Translations under genes and position numbers: made by a program
Assembly: GCA_036630325.1 (NCBI GenBank)
Contig: CP142728.1
Location: forward strand, 124,001-188,000
Reading direction: 5' to 3'
Origin: Vairimorpha necatrix
Lineage: Eukaryota
DNA length: 64,000 bases
Part shown: piece after piece, positions 60,650 through 64,000 of the stretch
Numbering within the stretch: the first letter of the stretch is position 1
Layout: each line of letters begins with the position of its first letter
The notes under the pieces: model-generated
Database searches by the model: none
Told to the model about the DNA's origin: nothing
What the model saw: only the letters and a program-made list of their open reading frames with translations

Positions 60650-61300
60650 TTGTAATGACCTGAAACTGTATATTACAATTATAAGAATGAATTTGTAATA
60701 TTTGACTAAATAGAAGCTTTCATTCTCATACCCTACAGACTAGAGACGAGGCCGGCTATTTTATAAGCGTTAATGGACCTAATCATAGGCTTTTACATTT
60801 TTATATCTATATGATCAGTTGGAAAACTTAGATGATAAAAATATCCACGATAATCATTAAGTTGATTCAATGAAACTTGTCTGCACACAGCCATAGGGGA
60901 ATCTAGGAAAAAGGAACCTTTAAGCTAAAAACAATGATATGTTTGAAGGAGTTGTCGATACTTAAGGTATTCGCTGTAAACAGCTTACCTAAAACCCGTC
61001 GATTGTGATTTCTAGGAATCGAAAAGTTTGTAAAGAGGCTAGAAAACAAAACAAAACAATATTGCCATCTATGTTATCTAACACAAAATTCTGTATCATG
61101 GTTTACAAAACTGGTAGGAGACTAGAGGTAAATGCGCCTAATAAAAATGCTGGGCAGGTGTAAAGAGTCGTGTGCTAATTAGAAAGATAGTGGGGAACTA
61201 ATGCCTGATGCATCTCATGGGGGATTAAAAACATGCCCGTTAAATATATCGCCGTGACATCCTCTGGATGTGAATTGATGTATATATGGAAAAATATTTC
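60650..61300 (+). pseudogene. Second degenerate ISXO2/Merlin-like transposase remnant
   Basis: Frameshifted fragments FNETCL..HRG (cf. VEIDE..KYHRG), MFEGVVD (cf. WVFGGV), TILPS and CWAGVK (cf. IExxWxxxK). Boundaries are approximate. Confidence 0.4.
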
Positions 61301-61646
61301 CCATCAACTAAATCCAAAGGATGTTAAAGTACTGCGTAAGAAATTCACAATACCAGAGAAAAATATCACAAGCAAATGCCCCTCCCCAATCTATAAGATT
61401 TTTTTCTTTTCTTTACTAAAGGAAAACGTTCCTTTTCGATCGCTTACTCCTAAAAAATTCTGAAGATTTCTCGATGATTTTAAACGAAGATTCTAAACTG
61501 ACAGGAAATTTTTTTAATATTAAATATTCTTGTAACAACTTAGTAGCATTATTTGATCACTGATAATATAAAAATAGGGTATAATTGAATTAAAAAAACA
61601 TAAAGTTGTTTAACCAAGAATGACTTTTTAAGTTAAAATTCTTTAT

Positions 61647-62549
61647 TTAATGGCTCTTGATTGTCTCCTTACACATATTTATAGCGCCTTCCAAAGTTTC
61701 ATTTATTCCTATAAATCCACTTTTATGGACAAATATTCCCCCTGGGCATATCTTAGCCAATTCTTCAGAACTCTTTCCTCTCCAGTCTTGTCTCAATGGC
61801 ATTTTAATTTCATATTTCCCTTTACTTATATTTATAGCTCTGATTTTATATTTACCTTCAGATGGATATATCAAAAATTTAATATCCTTACCACATTTCT
61901 TTTCTACATCAAGTATCAAATCACAGGTATAATATTCATCAGATACAAAAATAGAATCATCTACTTTCTCAATCAATACTTCCAACTTCTTAAATTTATT
62001 CCACCATGAATCAATTTGATTTCTGATGTACATCTCCAAATCTTTAGACACGAAATCAAGAGCAACAAGAAATTGTTTGTATTGTTTTTCTGATGTTAAA
62101 TTCTCATAATTATTAAATAAATCTACCATCTCGTAAATTGTCCTTGGTTTTATATCTCCATAAATATCTACACCATTGTCAATACAATCTGCGCCAAGAA
62201 AGAAGTCTTCATAAATTTTAACAACAAAATCGTTGTAAAGTGCATCTTTAGAATCAATTCCGAAACAATTAAAAAATTTTTCATGAAAATGTTTATAAAT
62301 AAGCCCGGAACTACTCAATTTATACTTATATTTTTTTGAAAATGTCTCAGAAAAAGAATGTTGATGGTGATCATATCTATTTGTAGATGGATCGTATACA
62401 CCTCCAACATCATAAACAATATCGCCAGTACCTATTTCCTTCTTGTCTCTGGTTCTGATAATTTGAGAAGATGGATAAATCATAAGTAAAATTGCAGTGG
62501 CTAGAATCTCATCATAATGGAATCTTTCATTGTGTGTGACAAGTTTCAT
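61647..62549 (-). CDS. MYG1: MYG1 family exonuclease
   Basis: THNERFHYDE, IIRTRD, DVGGVYDP..RYDHHQ, KLSSSGLIY, IDNG and FVHKSGFIG. Confidence 0.92.
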   Translation of the reverse strand: MKLVTHNERFHYDEILATAILLMIYPSSQIIRTRDKKEIGTGDIVYDVGGVYDPSTNRYDHHQHSFSETFSKKYKYKLSSSGLIYKHFHEKFFNCFGIDSKDALYNDFVVKIYEDFFLGADCIDNGVDIYGDIKPRTIYEMVDLFNNYENLTSEKQYKQFLVALDFVSKDLEMYIRNQIDSWWNKFKKLEVLIEKVDDSIFVSDEYYTCDLILDVEKKCGKDIKFLIYPSEGKYKIRAINISKGKYEIKMPLRQDWRGKSSEELAKICPGGIFVHKSGFIGINETLEGAINMCKETIKSH

Positions 62550-62699
62550 GGGGGTCGAAAATTTACAGTTATTTATAAAAAAATAACGGACAAATTAAAA
62601 AATTTTATTGAATAGTGAAGCTTAGTATTTTCTTTTTAGATGATCAAATATCACATGTTTTTATGATTTAATTACTGTTTACTTTAAACTCTACAATAA

Positions 62700-63900
62700 T
62701 AAAATTACTTTCTACAGTTACATCTTCCGCTTTTTTGCCTGAAAAAATTTATACCTCGGGAAATGTATTATTCTTTGGAATAACTTACAAAATGTACACG
62801 TTGTTCGTCTCATACTAAATGTCAAAAATATTGATCTAAATAAAGTTCGCTAATTAAAATTTGAGAGTTGGAATAAACAAAAAAAAGACAAAATAACGTC
62901 ATTAAAAGAAGTCAAAATTATATTGCAAGACTATAACTCATTAATACGCAAAACAAGATCCTTACATTTTTGTAAAAAAATTATAATTATACTTATTTAA
63001 GTATTATGGCGATAATAGGCCATTATAGATTTATATAAACTTTATCTTTATGAGGTTAACTGCATCGATTTTATATTTTAGTTAGTATACAATTTTTTAT
63101 GATTCATAAATGTTACTGTGTAATCGGAAACACAATCTCCCAAATCTATTAGTCCCATTGATGTCTGTATAACAATTAAACATCGCTTTCGTAAAAAAAA
63201 GTTAACATGGAATCGCAAAGCGCTAGAACAAGACACTATAGAAAACTAAAGACCTAAAATTTTGCCAATGCTTTTTTAAAATATTATTATTGTCATGGGC
63301 AGACAGTAAATGTCAGCTTACATAAACACTAAGCTTTGGCGGTTAACCTCACCTTCTTATGTAGCTTTTTGACAGTGTACTGAAAGATATAAAAATTCTA
63401 TTAACGTAAATAAATTATCTTGTGGATGTTTATTATTCTAATATGTATTGGAAAAGGTTTAAATCTTGTTACATTAAGAAAAGTTTGATTGAAACTTTTT
63501 TAGTGTCAACCAACCCATTTTTTCTAAAAAATTGCCACTATAGCATTATAAGTCTGAAATATTCTGCTATTTGGTCATGAATTTTATGACTTAGACCTAC
63601 TCTGCCTTTTTTCGCAGTGAAATAAATTATTACAATTGTGCTACTAAGTAAAAATATATTCTAATTTAAGATAAAAATTTTGAAATTTAAGCCAAACATC
63701 GAATAATGTAATCGACCTTGTACATATAAGTTTCAAAGATAAATATGTGTGAGAACATTTGCATATAATACATGGATTATTGTTTCTTCGTATATTGTAA
63801 AGATTTACAATATTAATGATATTAACGATATTGCTATGAAGACTTTAATCGGACGAATCATAAACTAATAGAGGTTGAAATAACTTACCAAATCCAAGGC
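62700..63900 (-). pseudogene. Possible decayed LTR-retrotransposon RNase H/integrase remnant
   Basis: Minus-strand fragments resembling DIMGP (~63150-63165) and PxxIxSDxGxNF (~62745-62778), with many stops. Confidence 0.3.
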
Positions 63901-64000
63901 GTATTACATTCATTTACGTTGAGGCACGATATATCAAATAAACATTTGATATCAACAAATGATAAGAACCACAAGTTACGAAAATACTTCGATAAAAAGA

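Noticed and set aside
61233-61463. 76-aa ORF, and short ORFs at 15528, 18381 and 55773, as genes
   Set aside because: They lie within or next to TE remnants, with no CCC start context and no motifs.
1-64000. tRNA or rRNA genes and spliceosomal introns
   Set aside because: No cloverleaf with GTTCRA, no rRNA-like GC block and no ATG-proximal GTAAGT intron were seen by eye. A tRNAscan/Infernal run is needed to exclude them.

Overview
Very AT-rich, gene-dense eukaryotic DNA with short intergenic spacers, no visible introns and a CCC motif just upstream of most start codons. These are the hallmarks of a microsporidian genome, probably Nosema/Vairimorpha-like (inference). About 35 compact housekeeping genes are present, including symplekin, SEC5, ALE1, PHS1, DBP5, SRP68, IMP3, DBF4, PRE9, CDS1, LSM1, NIC96, CCT2, histones H3 and H4, ELP1, POL3, PRE10, MPE1, NOC3, NOB1, RPL39, alpha-actinin, TAF4, RPC82 and MYG1. 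Two of these (symplekin, RPL39) are absent from the ORF track. Mobile DNA: (1) an intact, very recent 4.06-kb Ty3/Gypsy element with identical 228-bp LTRs and an ACTTT target duplication. Its gag-pol ORF starts inside the LTR, and it has no tRNA primer-binding site but a self-complementary switch at the U5 end. (2) A 5'-truncated LINE with a 14-bp target duplication, a T-rich tail and a highly structured 3' UTR. (3) A decayed Tc1/IS630 element with recognisable TIRs. (4) A 202-bp solo LTR. (5) Weaker MULE, ISXO2/Merlin and integrase remnants. A shared E2F-like TTTTCCCGCC element lies upstream of the S-phase genes DBF4, H3 and H4. All product calls come from motif recognition by eye; no database searches were run.
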